A stretch of DNA of 64,000 bases from an uncultured Chthonomonadaceae bacterium (GTDB lineage: Bacteria > Armatimonadota > Chthonomonadetes > Chthonomonadales > Chthonomonadaceae), in assembly GCA_963835065.1 (NCBI GenBank), contig CAWIEK010000033.1, positions 25,184-89,183 of the forward strand, given 5' to 3'. The position numbers and the translations under genes were made by a program. Shown in pieces: positions 18,587-28,625 of the stretch. Numbering within the stretch: the first letter of the stretch is position 1; each line of letters begins with the position of its first letter. The notes beneath the pieces were generated by a model that made no database searches, was not told the origin of the DNA, and worked only from the letters and a program-made list of their open reading frames with translations.

Positions 18587-19321
18587 TTACTGGCGGGGGT
18601 CAAAAGCGCCCTCATAAATGTTGTGGGTTGTATCCTGGAACCAGAGCTGCGTCCACTTGCCCCATTTGGCGTGTCCGTCGGCGTAGGCGTTGTTCATCCC
18701 CTCGCTGTGGCGCAGAAAGGCCAATTCTTTTGTCTGCGTAAGCGCGTCGTTCCAGACCATCGTGTGCATCATGCCGATCATCATGGCGTCGGCTTCGGGA
18801 TCGTTTTTCACCCAGTAGGGCGGGTGAAAGTGGTCGCGGGTCAGATTCTCCTTGCTTTCGCTGACGTAGATGACTGACGCGGGGCTTTGGATCGCCGCCA
18901 GGTTTCCGTATTTCTGTTCCCCTTCCAGCCAGAGGTTCAGGAAGTAGGACGACAGGCGCAATCCCTGCTGCTCGGATGTGGGATTGGCAAGCGGCGCGGT
19001 CCAGTTCTGGCTCTGGTCATCGGGGCAGCGCAGAATCTGGCGGCTCTTGATGTAAGGCTGCATGGTGTTCACCCATGACAGCGCAAGGCCGTCATAGGAG
19101 GCGAGCGGAAAACACTCGTCATAGTCCTGAACGTACTGCGCGAAGCCCATTCCGATCTGCCGAACGTTGGACAGGCAGGCGGTTTGCCGCGCCTTTTCCC
19201 GCGCCTGGGCGAAGACGGGAAACAGGATAGCGGCGAGAATCGCGATAATGGCGATCACGACGAGCAATTCAATCAGCGTAAAGGCGCGCGCAGCGGCGCG
19301 GCCATGATGTAAGCAAAGCAT
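18587..19321 (-). CDS. DUF1559 / prepilin-type N-terminal cleavage protein with H-X9-DG motif
   Basis: [53 protein letters not shown]. Confidence 0.93.
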   Translation of the reverse strand: MLCLHHGRAAARAFTLIELLVVIAIIAILAAILFPVFAQAREKARQTACLSNVRQIGMGFAQYVQDYDECFPLASYDGLALSWVNTMQPYIKSRQILRCPDDQSQNWTAPLANPTSEQQGLRLSSYFLNLWLEGEQKYGNLAAIQSPASVIYVSESKENLTRDHFHPPYWVKNDPEADAMMIGMMHTMVWNDALTQTKELAFLRHSEGMNNAYADGHAKWGKWTQLWFQDTTHNIYEGAFDPRQ

Positions 19322-19372
19322 GGTCGAAAAACCTCCTCAGAAATTATGTTGACAGTGCAGACAGGAAACCGG

Positions 19373-19782
19373 TCAACAGGCGCGAGGAGGCGGATACAAA
19401 GGAGTGAGGAAACGGATGCGCAGCAGGAGGGGAGCAGGAGTAAAGACTTGAATGGCAGGGGGCACAAGCACAAAACAAGGGGCGGGAAGCGAAGGCAGAA
19501 TAAAGGTCAAACTCCTGTCGGGAACAGCAGGAAACACAACCGGCGCGCTGCACTGCGCGGCAGCACATGCGGCAATTCCAGTGTGAGGCGACGTGGGATT
19601 ACCGGGACAGTTTGCCATCCTACATGTACTCGCCGCGCAGCAACAGGGTTGTAGAGACACGGCAGGCAGGGATTTGTTTGCAGCGGAGGCGTGAACAGGC
19701 GGCGGCGAGAAAGGCCATAAACTCGCCAGCAGGCACAAACTCAACAAAATTCCCAGCCACCGACGCGAAACGATGATTTCAC
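19373..19782 (-). CDS. Small exported Cys-rich protein ending in PPPRAC (DUF2946-like leader)
   Basis: Signal-like N-terminus, CCCAASTCRMANC, ACAAAQC, LYPPPRAC; GTG start at 19782 needs one extra T in a homopolymer, otherwise TTG at 19747. Confidence 0.6.
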
Positions 19783-19954
19783 CTGTCCCTAAAAGGCGTT
19801 GGCATCAGTATACCCATAAGAAAAGGCTTTTTGAGGTATGCTTTGAAAATAGTTCTTTGTTCACACAATGCGCCTGCGCGGATGGGCATCCTGCTATCAG
19901 TCAGGAACTGCTTTTCAGGTATCAACAGCAACGCCACAAGGAAGATTTATTTTT

Positions 19955-20500
19955 ATGTCCCACAATGAAGCCGATAACAACGCATTGGAAATTTCCGCTG
20001 CTTCCGCCGCCCCCGGCGCGGACACAGAGGAACTGGTACGGTTCGGTATTTCTATGGCCGCGCCCCTTGTGCGCGATCTGGACACATGGCGCAAGGGACG
20101 CGGCTACGCCAACCGCTCGGAAGCGATACGCGATTTGGTGCGGGACGCGCTTGTGGAAACGCGCTGGGAACAGGAGGGAGAAAGCGACGGGGAAATGGTG
20201 GGCGTGGTGTCCATCGTGTACGACCACACCACGCGCCAACTGAGCGACCACTTAACGGATATGCAGCACCACGCCCACCACATCTCCCAGGCAACGCTGC
20301 ATATCCATCTTAATGCCGACCACTGTTTGGAAGTGATTGTTTTGCGCGGCCCGCGCGCCGATGTCGCCGAACTCGCCAACCATCTTATCAGCACCAAAGG
20401 CGTCCTGCACGGCAAGTTTATTCCTACTACGACGGGCGAAAATCTCACACCTTCTCACCCTTCTCACCCCCATGCGCCACAGCCGACGTTGCCGGAGTGA
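19955..20500 (+). CDS. nikR: Nickel-responsive regulator NikR
   Basis: RFGISM, GYANRSEAIRDLVR ribbon-helix-helix; YDH, HIHLNADHCLE Ni site. Confidence 0.93.
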   Translation: MSHNEADNNALEISAASAAPGADTEELVRFGISMAAPLVRDLDTWRKGRGYANRSEAIRDLVRDALVETRWEQEGESDGEMVGVVSIVYDHTTRQLSDHLTDMQHHAHHISQATLHIHLNADHCLEVIVLRGPRADVAELANHLISTKGVLHGKFIPTTTGENLTPSHPSHPHAPQPTLPE

Positions 20501-20527
20501 CCGCGCCCCGTTAGTATAATTCAATCA

Positions 20528-21466
20528 TCAGCGAGCATTTTGGTTTGTAGCAGGTGGCATTGTCGGCGCAGGACTGTCGGCTGCCGACGCGGGAAGGCCG
20601 GATGTCTTCTGCGCGACTTGGCCTGCGCTGGCGTTTGACGCCGGCTGTACCGGCAGGTCGAGACGCGGCGAATTGACAGGCTGATCCGCGCCCGGTACGC
20701 TCACCTGCCCCGTAATGCTGCTGATGCCGATCAGCGCTCCCGTCGCTTCAAACGTGCCGTCCGACCCTACCCCTGTCACCTTGAAGCCATCCAAAACCAG
20801 GCTGGGAACCAGGTAATTTCCGGTTTGCGCGCTGATGAGCGGCATGTTGTTGCGATCCAGCATGCGCGCGGTAAACTGGAATGGGCTGCCCGTTGTAACG
20901 CCGTTTGCGCTTGCGGCGGGCGCAGTGATGCTGACCTGGCCTACTTGACTGACATCGAACGACGTGGGCGGCAGGGCGACAACCACTTCCGTTGCGCGGC
21001 CTTCCGTCAGCAGCAGCGAAATCTTTTGCGTCTGATAAGGCGTTTTGGCCGGGTCTACGCTGACGACCACGTTGCTCACGCTGAGCGGCCCGCTCGCCTG
21101 ATGCTTGCCCGTGACAATGCCTTTCACCGTAAACAAGCCCTGCGCGTCCGTCGTCACCCGGTAGCTGACAGTCGCCTGCCCTGTCGCCGTGGAACTCACC
21201 GTCACATTAAGGTTGGCAAGCGGCTGCTGCGCATTGTCCGCCGCCAGCACCTTTCCTACCAGTTTCGACGTGCCGGGCGGAATGCCATCGCCAATCAGGG
21301 CGTTGATGCCACAGCCTGTCGAGAAAAGCAGAATCGCGCACCCTGCCAGCAACAATGTTCTGCGCAGCCATCCGCTTCTGACGCCGCGTAAAGCAGAATT
21401 TTGCTTTGCGTCTGCCTGTGTTTCCAACATGGGTCTTACATTTTCATCTTCGGTTTCAGGCGTCAT
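20528..21466 (-). CDS. Lipoprotein with carboxypeptidase-regulatory-like/Ig domains
   Basis: LFSTGC lipobox, GKVL..PLANLNV..TTDAQGLF; start uncertain (21466 or 21430). Confidence 0.65.
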   Translation of the reverse strand: MTPETEDENVRPMLETQADAKQNSALRGVRSGWLRRTLLLAGCAILLFSTGCGINALIGDGIPPGTSKLVGKVLAADNAQQPLANLNVTVSSTATGQATVSYRVTTDAQGLFTVKGIVTGKHQASGPLSVSNVVVSVDPAKTPYQTQKISLLLTEGRATEVVVALPPTSFDVSQVGQVSITAPAASANGVTTGSPFQFTARMLDRNNMPLISAQTGNYLVPSLVLDGFKVTGVGSDGTFEATGALIGISSITGQVSVPGADQPVNSPRLDLPVQPASNASAGQVAQKTSGLPASAADSPAPTMPPATNQNAR

Positions 21467-21467
21467 G

Positions 21468-23471
21468 TCATTCCTCACTGGCAGGCGACACAAAATCAAT
21501 CGCCGCGCGAACCTGCGCAGTCAGCGGCGGCCATCCGGCTTGATCCAAAAAGACGGCAACGGCATCGGCGCGTCCTGTTTCCCGCAATAGCAGCGCCAAG
21601 TCGGCATACACGCGGCGACAATCTTCGTTTTCCAGCAGTGTATCCGTCAGCCCGGAGGCAAGCAGTTCGGCGCGTAAACTCTCCAAAACAGCAACGGCGG
21701 CGCGCAATTGCGTTTCCGCTTCAAGGACATTGTTTTCCCTACGAGCCAGCAGTCCCAGGGTGCTTTGCGCGCGCCATCGCGTTTCCACAAGCCCGGTATC
21801 CGCCGCCAATTCCAGAGCAAGCACAGCTTCCTGCCGCGCTTGCGCAAAGCCGTTATTGAATGTGGAGTTGGTTTCCGCCTCGTTCGCGGATACTCCCTGC
21901 GCCCCCGGCGCAGCCTTGACTGCTTCCTCACCACGCGGCAAAGCGCGGCGCAAGGCTTCCGCCCGCCAGGCATACGCCAGGCTTTCCAGATGCCGCGCGC
22001 CGAAATTTTGCGCCAGTTCCAGGGCACGGGTCGAGGTCGCCAGCAAATCGGCATTTTCCCCCGCCCGCGCATGAATCCGGCACAAGCGCAGCCGACATTC
22101 GATTTCCCAGCGGAAGAAGCGGGCCGATGTGGTCACGGCAAGGGACTGATCCGCGTGGTAACGCGCTTCACGAATACGGTCCGGCTGCCCGGCGTAAGCA
22201 TCGGCGAGCGCCAGTTGCGCGTAAAGTTCGGCAGGCCGGACGCCGTTGGAAAGGGCTTGCGCAAGCGCGTCCTTGCCATACGAAACTGCCAGGTCAAAAT
22301 CGCCGGAGGCCGCGAAAAACATGCCCAGCGTGGCGCGCGCCATGGCTTCGCGCCGCTCGTCGCCCACAAAACGGGCCAACTGCAGCATCGTTTCCAGTCC
22401 CGCCTGCGTCTGCATCCACTGCCCCATATAAAAGTTACACCAGCCCATATCCAGCCGCGCAGCCAGATTTTGATCGGCGTTTCCCAGCGCCTCCGCATCG
22501 GAAAGGCAGGTCTGCGCCAGGCGGCGCGCTTCTTCCAAATCTCCCCCCGCAAGATACACATTCCGGCGGTTGGTGTTGACATACAACAGCGCCACCGCGA
22601 TTTCCTGCCGATCCATGGCGCGGCTTGCTTCCGCTTCCTCCAACAGCAAAGCCGCTTCTTCAAAACGCTGCATGGCCTGCTGATACTCTCCCTGTTGGTC
22701 GTGCAGACTCCCTAACGCCAGCAGGCCACGCCAGCGCGTATCTATGTCGGCGCTGTCCACGACGCGCAAGAATTGTTCGCGCGCTTCCTCTGCGCGCCCC
22801 ATCATGGTCAGCGCGCGTCCCAGATTATGCCGCGCCGACATTTCCAGTTTCTTATTGCCGATCTCCGCCGCCAGCACAATGGCGCGATTGAGAGCATCTG
22901 CAGCGCGCGGAAAATCGCCGATGTTGTTGAGCGCGTTTCCCAGATCGCGTTCCGCTCGCGCCTGCATCGCCCGGTCGCCGGTTTGCGCTGCCAGAGTCAG
23001 AATACGCTCGCAGGTAGACGCCACAGCGCGATAATCCGGCGGGCTTTCCTGCGCGCCCGCCAGTTCCTGCAGGGTGCGCAAGCCTTCGTTGAGGCGTGTG
23101 GTGACATCCTGAGCGGTAATCACAGGGGCAGGAGGCGTGGCGGCAGCATCGGGCGCGGTTTCGGCAGCCGTTTCCGCATCCGGCGCGACTTCGGTCACGG
23201 AAGAATTGGACGCGCTTTGAGTTTGCGCGTTACGCAGTTCTTCGTCCGGGGCTTCGGTGTAGAAATACGTCAGGGGAACGCCGCATTGTACGGCGATTTG
23301 CTGAAGGCGATCCGGTTGCGCCAATGTGGAGCCGGAAAGATATTGGTATATCAGGGCGCGCGAACAGCCGATGCGCCCGGCCAATTCCTCAATGGAAATG
23401 CCGGCGCGCTCTACGGCCTGCTGAATCCGTTGTCCTTGTTCGCGTCGTCCCTGTCGGGTACTTAAATCCAT
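21468..23471 (-). CDS. XRE-HTH plus TPR-repeat protein
   Basis: GISIEELAGRIGCSRALIYQYLSG HTH followed by many TPR-like helices (LGNAL, LGRAL, LGSLH). Confidence 0.85.
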   Translation of the reverse strand: MDLSTRQGRREQGQRIQQAVERAGISIEELAGRIGCSRALIYQYLSGSTLAQPDRLQQIAVQCGVPLTYFYTEAPDEELRNAQTQSASNSSVTEVAPDAETAAETAPDAAATPPAPVITAQDVTTRLNEGLRTLQELAGAQESPPDYRAVASTCERILTLAAQTGDRAMQARAERDLGNALNNIGDFPRAADALNRAIVLAAEIGNKKLEMSARHNLGRALTMMGRAEEAREQFLRVVDSADIDTRWRGLLALGSLHDQQGEYQQAMQRFEEAALLLEEAEASRAMDRQEIAVALLYVNTNRRNVYLAGGDLEEARRLAQTCLSDAEALGNADQNLAARLDMGWCNFYMGQWMQTQAGLETMLQLARFVGDERREAMARATLGMFFAASGDFDLAVSYGKDALAQALSNGVRPAELYAQLALADAYAGQPDRIREARYHADQSLAVTTSARFFRWEIECRLRLCRIHARAGENADLLATSTRALELAQNFGARHLESLAYAWRAEALRRALPRGEEAVKAAPGAQGVSANEAETNSTFNNGFAQARQEAVLALELAADTGLVETRWRAQSTLGLLARRENNVLEAETQLRAAVAVLESLRAELLASGLTDTLLENEDCRRVYADLALLLRETGRADAVAVFLDQAGWPPLTAQVRAAIDFVSPASEE

Positions 23472-23542
23472 GCCGTGCGATGCTTTCTGCGCGCCAGCCT
23501 GGGGGGAGGTGGGGTACTTGGGGTCTAGGCTACCGAAAATCA

Positions 23543-23578
23543 GTGTTCGGTGTTGGGTATTCGGTATTGGGTGTTGGG
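23543..23578. repeat. GTGTTCG/GTATTGG heptamer array
   Basis: gtgttcggtgttgggtattcggtattgggtgttggg. Confidence 0.75.
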
Positions 23579-23811
23579 ATGCCGGACAGTTTCCTGCGCC
23601 GACCAGTAGCCTTCACCCACCGCTTAAAATAAAATTGCCTTGTGGCAGGCGCGTGGAGGGACACGGCCAAACCACCTACAGTATAGCACGTTTGTTTTAC
23701 TGTCGTCAAGATGCCTCAAGACGGTATCGCCCAAATGCTTCCTGAAAACCTCTTTTATTAAGCCTGATTGCCGCGAGAGGAAGCCTCGTTCACATGGACC
23801 TGGAAAAAAGT

Positions 23812-24841
23812 CTATCGGGCAAAGTTCTTATTTACTTCTTCGTCGGAGAAAGTCAGATTGCTTACCTGCCCCGTATCCTGCAGGATTTTGCCTGCAATGA
23901 GTTCGTTGGTCGGCGCAAGCGTGGCGAAGTGGCTGGCTCCCCTTATCTCGACGAAATGCGCTTTGGGATTCGTGGAGGCTTTTGCCATTGCCTGCAAACA
24001 GTCAATGTTGCCCTCCGTACCCTCAAAAACCCACACCGGCGATTGTATCGAGGATAGCCAATAGCCTGGCGACCTTAATTCAATCTCCTGCCGGTTCGAG
24101 GTGTCAAAAGGGAGAAATGCAGAGTTGGTTCCATAACTGGCAACATCATCTATTGGGCCAAACGAAAAGACAGCGCGAAATCCGCCGGTAAACTCCGCGA
24201 CAAGCAAAGCCAGGGTTCCCCCGGTGCTATGACCGCCCAGGTAGATGCGCTCTGGATCCACGTAACTTTGTGCTTCCAGATATCTCGCGGCGGCAAGAAC
24301 ATCGTCCACTTCGCCCAAAAAGCCTTCCTTGACGCCCGGATTGTTGTTACCGCCCCGCAGTGAAGGAAACATCATGATGATGCCCGCCTGACGAAAGGCT
24401 GCCGCTGTTTGATCGTTACTGCGCGGGGCAGGCGACCAGACATCGCCAATCGAGTTGCAGTCACCCCCCGTAATCCAAATAATTGCCGGATGTTTGCTGC
24501 CGTCGCCGGGGTCGGGAGAAAGATAAGCCGCCAGATTGCCGGGCGGAGCCGGATAGGTAATGGTGCGGAAGAGGGCGGGCGGAGCGTTTTCAAACGGTTC
24601 CCTCGCAGCGTTTTTCGACACCAACGTGGTCTCTGAAACCGCGCCGCGCTTCAGGCAGGGACGTCATCTGTTGAGAGCGCGTCTGACGCGGCGTACAGCC
24701 GGCGAGTAAGAGAAGTAACAGCACCGCGGCATAAGCGAATGTGAAGGGCCTGCGTCTGAAGTCTTCAACTTCCGGCGCGCAAACAGGAACAACATTTAGC
24801 GACAAAAAGGCAGGAGCCGGCTTGAAACGGTCTTTTTTCAT
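23812..24841 (-). CDS. Alpha/beta hydrolase (S9-like) lipoprotein, frameshift near 24630
   Basis: GHSTGG nucleophile motif, FPSLRGGN, GEVDDVLAA; LLAGC lipobox in the upstream frame; start uncertain. Confidence 0.75.
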
Positions 24842-24868
24842 CAGACAATGCCCCTCAAAAGTTGGCGA

Positions 24869-25522
24869 TTATACCGAGCCAAGGGTGTCATGCCACTCTT
24901 TGGCCTGGAGTTTGGCGAGGTGCGCCGCTTCGCGCTCCTGCTGCAAGGCTTCGTCGCTTGCCAGGCTGTCCTCGATCTCTTCGGCTTCCGTGGAAACGAT
25001 GCGATCCGCAAACACGCAGCCCAGCCCCGCCGTCAGCCCCGTGCCGCACAACAGCAGCGCCTGCCAACTGAAACGCCATAACAGATTGATAACGCCCAGG
25101 CCGAGGAAATACAGGGAAGCCGCGCCGAAGTAACACCGCCGCGCCCATACGGTTCCCGGCTGCCGGGTTTCCACCACGCCCGCCGTCACCGACAAGCCCG
25201 CAACCGCCAGCAGCAGGAGGGTGCGAATCACTTCGTAGCTTTCGTAATTTAACTGCTGCGGCACTCCCGTTTGCGACAAACGCACAATATCGCGCAGGGC
25301 CAGAAACGATACGCCATAACACAACGTAATCATCAGCAGATGCCGCAGGCGCGGATGTACCAGAATAGAGACGAGCAGCAGCGTCGCCAGGGGCAGCACT
25401 TCGATGTGGCTCTGGCTCCATTCGGTCAACGGGCGCTCGATGCTGACCGCCAGCAGCGCCAACCCCGCCGCAATGGAAGTTGTCCCGACAAACGACAGTT
25501 GTTGAACAGGCTTTGCAGTCAC
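24869..25522 (-). CDS. Hypothetical multi-pass membrane protein
   Basis: About six hydrophobic segments, acidic tail; GTG start after gagg. Confidence 0.65.
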   Translation of the reverse strand: MTAKPVQQLSFVGTTSIAAGLALLAVSIERPLTEWSQSHIEVLPLATLLLVSILVHPRLRHLLMITLCYGVSFLALRDIVRLSQTGVPQQLNYESYEVIRTLLLLAVAGLSVTAGVVETRQPGTVWARRCYFGAASLYFLGLGVINLLWRFSWQALLLCGTGLTAGLGCVFADRIVSTEAEEIEDSLASDEALQQEREAAHLAKLQAKEWHDTLGSV

Positions 25523-25840
25523 AGAAGTTTCCTCGCAAACAACACTATCCGCTGCGTGGCAATGCGAATACAATCTGCAAAAAAGCCTTCGTTCACGCAA
25601 ATTGCGACACTGCAACGTGAAATCAATGCTGAGAGAAGCCGAATTATATCAGTATACGGCTTCGATTCCCATCTGTCAACGCGCCGCAGCAAAGATTTAC
25701 GCTCACAGACAGCCATTTGCCGCTTTTCATTGTCCTTACCTGTAATTTCCCGTATTTTTGCAGACGCGCCAAGACGATTATTTTTACCAAAAGCCCATTT
25801 CATACAGGAACCACGCTGCTTTTGTCGAATTATACAGACA

Positions 25841-25940
25841 TTAGGCACTAGATATTAGATATTGGATATTAGGGAAGAAGACAGAAGACAGAAGGCAGCA
25901 GCCTAACACCCGATACCCGACACCCGACACCCGACACCCT
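25841..25940. repeat. Mixed heptamer arrays (AGATATT, AGAAGAC, CCCGACA)
   Basis: Tandem 7-mers upstream of zwf. Confidence 0.8.
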
Positions 25941-25959
25941 ACTCATTCCAGGAGTTGTT

Positions 25960-27630
25960 TTGACTATGACTACATCTTCCGCGCCCATGCCCGCCGCGCC
26001 GGTCAGCGCCGCGTTTCCCACCTCCATGACTGATCTGCTCAAGCGACCGGATGAGACCAATTGCTTTGTCATTTTCGGCGCGTCCGGCGACCTTACCAAG
26101 CGCAAATTGATTCCGGCCCTGTACAATCTGGCCTGCTCCGACCTGCTGCCCCGCGATTTCAAAGTGATCGGCTTTTCACTGACGCCGATGGACGACGCTT
26201 CATTTCGGGACGGCATGTGCCAGGCCGTGAAAGAAAGCCACGAAGCCAATCCCTTCGATGCCAAAATTTGGGACAAGTTCGTGCAGGGGCTGTACTATAT
26301 CACGGCGGATTTCAAATCGCCCGAAGGCTACCAAACCCTCAAGCAGCGATTGAGTGAGATCGAGCAGCATACCAATGCCCCCGACAACCGCCTGTTTTAT
26401 CTTGCCACGCCGCCCAGTTTTTATGCCGACATCGCGGCGCGGCTTGGCGAGCATGGCCTGGCGGAAGTGAATGAGCAACGCCCGACGGGTTGGACGCGCA
26501 TCATCATCGAAAAACCGTTCGGGCACGACCTGACGTCCGCGCAGGATTTGAATAATCGCCTGCACGACGTTTTTAAGGAAGAGCAGATTTACCGCATTGA
26601 CCACTATTTAGGCAAGGAAACAGTTCAAAACATCCTCGCGTTCCGTTTCGCCAACGCCATCATCGAACCCATCTGGAACCGCAACTACATTGATCACGTT
26701 CAGATTACGGCTGCGGAAACCCTGGGCGTGGAGCATCGGGGCGGCTATTACGAGCAGGCGGGCGCGTTGCGCGATATGTTCCAGAACCACCTGCTGCAAC
26801 TGATGACGATTGTGGCGATGGAGCCGCCCGTGCGGTATGGCGGCAGCAGCGTCCGTGACCGCAAGGCGGACGTGATGAAAGCCATCGTGCCTATCAATCC
26901 CGAAAACATTGCGGAAACAGCCGTGCGCGGGCAATACGGGCCGGGCCGCATGAACGATCTGAACATGGCGGGCTACCGCGAAGAGGAGGGCGTCAATCCC
27001 CTGTCGAACACGGAAACTTTTGTCGCCATGAAACTGTTCGTGGACAACTGGCGGTGGGCGGAAGTGCCGTTTTATCTGCGTTCCGGTAAGCGCCTGCCCA
27101 ACAAAGTGACCGAAATCGTGATTCAGTTCAAGCGCGTGCCGCACTTGTTCTTCCATTTGACGCCCGAAGACCAGATGGAGCCGAACCTGCTGACGATGCG
27201 TATCGCCCCGGACGAGGGCATTTCCCTGCGCTTCGGCGCGAAAGTGCCCGGCCCGGAAATGCACCTGCGGCAAGTACAGATGAATTTCAGTTACGCCGAC
27301 GCCTTCAAAGTGGCTCCGGCAACCGCGTATGAAACCCTGCTGCTCGACGCGATGGCTGGCGACCCGACCCTGTTCAACCGCTCCGATCAAGTGGAAATGG
27401 CGTGGGGCGTTCTGGAACCCCTCATAGACATCTGGTCTGCCACCAAGCCCTTCCAGCCGTTCCCGAACTATGCGGCGGGAACGTGGGGGCCGTCCGCCGC
27501 CGACGCCTTAGTCGCCCGCGACGGACGCGCCTGGCGCAACGCCCCCGCGTCCATCCCCTCCCACCAGACGCAGGCCAAAGTGGAAATCGCCCACGAAGGC
27601 GAGCCGATGGGAGCAAGAAGGACGAAGTAA
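25960..27630 (+). CDS. zwf: Glucose-6-phosphate 1-dehydrogenase
   Basis: [46 protein letters not shown]. Confidence 0.97.
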   Translation: MTMTTSSAPMPAAPVSAAFPTSMTDLLKRPDETNCFVIFGASGDLTKRKLIPALYNLACSDLLPRDFKVIGFSLTPMDDASFRDGMCQAVKESHEANPFDAKIWDKFVQGLYYITADFKSPEGYQTLKQRLSEIEQHTNAPDNRLFYLATPPSFYADIAARLGEHGLAEVNEQRPTGWTRIIIEKPFGHDLTSAQDLNNRLHDVFKEEQIYRIDHYLGKETVQNILAFRFANAIIEPIWNRNYIDHVQITAAETLGVEHRGGYYEQAGALRDMFQNHLLQLMTIVAMEPPVRYGGSSVRDRKADVMKAIVPINPENIAETAVRGQYGPGRMNDLNMAGYREEEGVNPLSNTETFVAMKLFVDNWRWAEVPFYLRSGKRLPNKVTEIVIQFKRVPHLFFHLTPEDQMEPNLLTMRIAPDEGISLRFGAKVPGPEMHLRQVQMNFSYADAFKVAPATAYETLLLDAMAGDPTLFNRSDQVEMAWGVLEPLIDIWSATKPFQPFPNYAAGTWGPSAADALVARDGRAWRNAPASIPSHQTQAKVEIAHEGEPMGARRTK

Positions 27631-27631
27631 A

Positions 27632-27760
27632 GGTGTCAGGTGTCAGGTGTCAGGTGTCAGGGAATACGCTACTTATTTCTTGCGCTTACTTACAGTAACA
27701 TCAATGTAAGGAGAGACAATTCCCTGACACCTGATACCTGACACCTGACACCTGACACCT
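27632..27760. repeat. Inverted cassette with GGTGTCA/TGACACC heptamer arms
   Basis: (ggtgtca)x4 gggaat ... attccc (tgacacc)x5. Confidence 0.9.
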
Positions 27761-27770
27761 CGGAGCCACC

Positions 27771-28625
27771 ATGTCCCGTACCATCACCGTCATTACGCCG
27801 GAAAATATGACCATCACGTATCAGGCGGCGGGGATTGCCTCGCGGTTTATGGCCGTGATCGTGGATTTGCTTATCCAGCTGGCGAGCATTTTGCTGGTGC
27901 GGTTGGGCGTACAATCCCTCGTGGGGGGCGGGCATAGCAGTGTCGGGCCGTCCAGCTTGGTTTCCACAGTGGGTATTATCATCGTCGGGATTGTGATACC
28001 GTTTGTGTACTCAATCTTCTTTGAAATAGTGTGGAGCGGCAGAACGCCGGGCAAGCGCTTGTTCGGGCTGCGAACCGTGCGCGACGGCGGCTATCCCATC
28101 AACTTTTTCAGCAGCGTCGTGCGCAATATACTGCGTATCATTGATTTCGGCTTATTGCCGCTTTCCACGCCCCTGGTTTTGTGCGGCCTGCCGGGATTGG
28201 CCTGCATGTTTCTCAGTCCCACATACAAGCGCATCGGGGATTACGCGGCGGGAACGCTGGTGGTAGTGGACAACAATGCGCCCGTGAATACAGGTCTCAG
28301 CGTGAGCGCCGGTCCCAAAAGAAAAGGTAAACTCAAAGCCGACGCGCACATTCAAGCCAGTATAGAGGCTGAAGCCGTTGCCGCGTTTGTGCCGCTTGTC
28401 CGAAACATCGAGCGCCTGACCCGCGAGGAGTACGAACTCATACGGCGCTTTACCACGCGCAGGCGGCAGTTCGATCCCCTCATTCGCGCCGGCCTTGCGG
28501 AACGATTGGCGCGTCCCCTACTGGCAAAATTAGACATGAACATTGCCATTCACTATCAACTCCAATACCTGGACATACTGCAGGCCATTGAGCGCCGCTT
28601 TGCGGAGGAGCGTGGCCTATTGTGA
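27771..28625 (+). CDS. RDD family membrane protein
   Basis: TPEN..AGIASRFMAVIVD, GRTPGKRLFGLR, KRIGDYAAGTLVV. Confidence 0.9.
   Translation: MSRTITVITPENMTITYQAAGIASRFMAVIVDLLIQLASILLVRLGVQSLVGGGHSSVGPSSLVSTVGIIIVGIVIPFVYSIFFEIVWSGRTPGKRLFGLRTVRDGGYPINFFSSVVRNILRIIDFGLLPLSTPLVLCGLPGLACMFLSPTYKRIGDYAAGTLVVVDNNAPVNTGLSVSAGPKRKGKLKADAHIQASIEAEAVAAFVPLVRNIERLTREEYELIRRFTTRRRQFDPLIRAGLAERLARPLLAKLDMNIAIHYQLQYLDILQAIERRFAEERGLL

Noticed and set aside
19783..19954. NikR operator
   Set aside because: GTATGC..TCACAC half-sites are 19 nt apart rather than the 16 nt of the E. coli box; not supportable by eye
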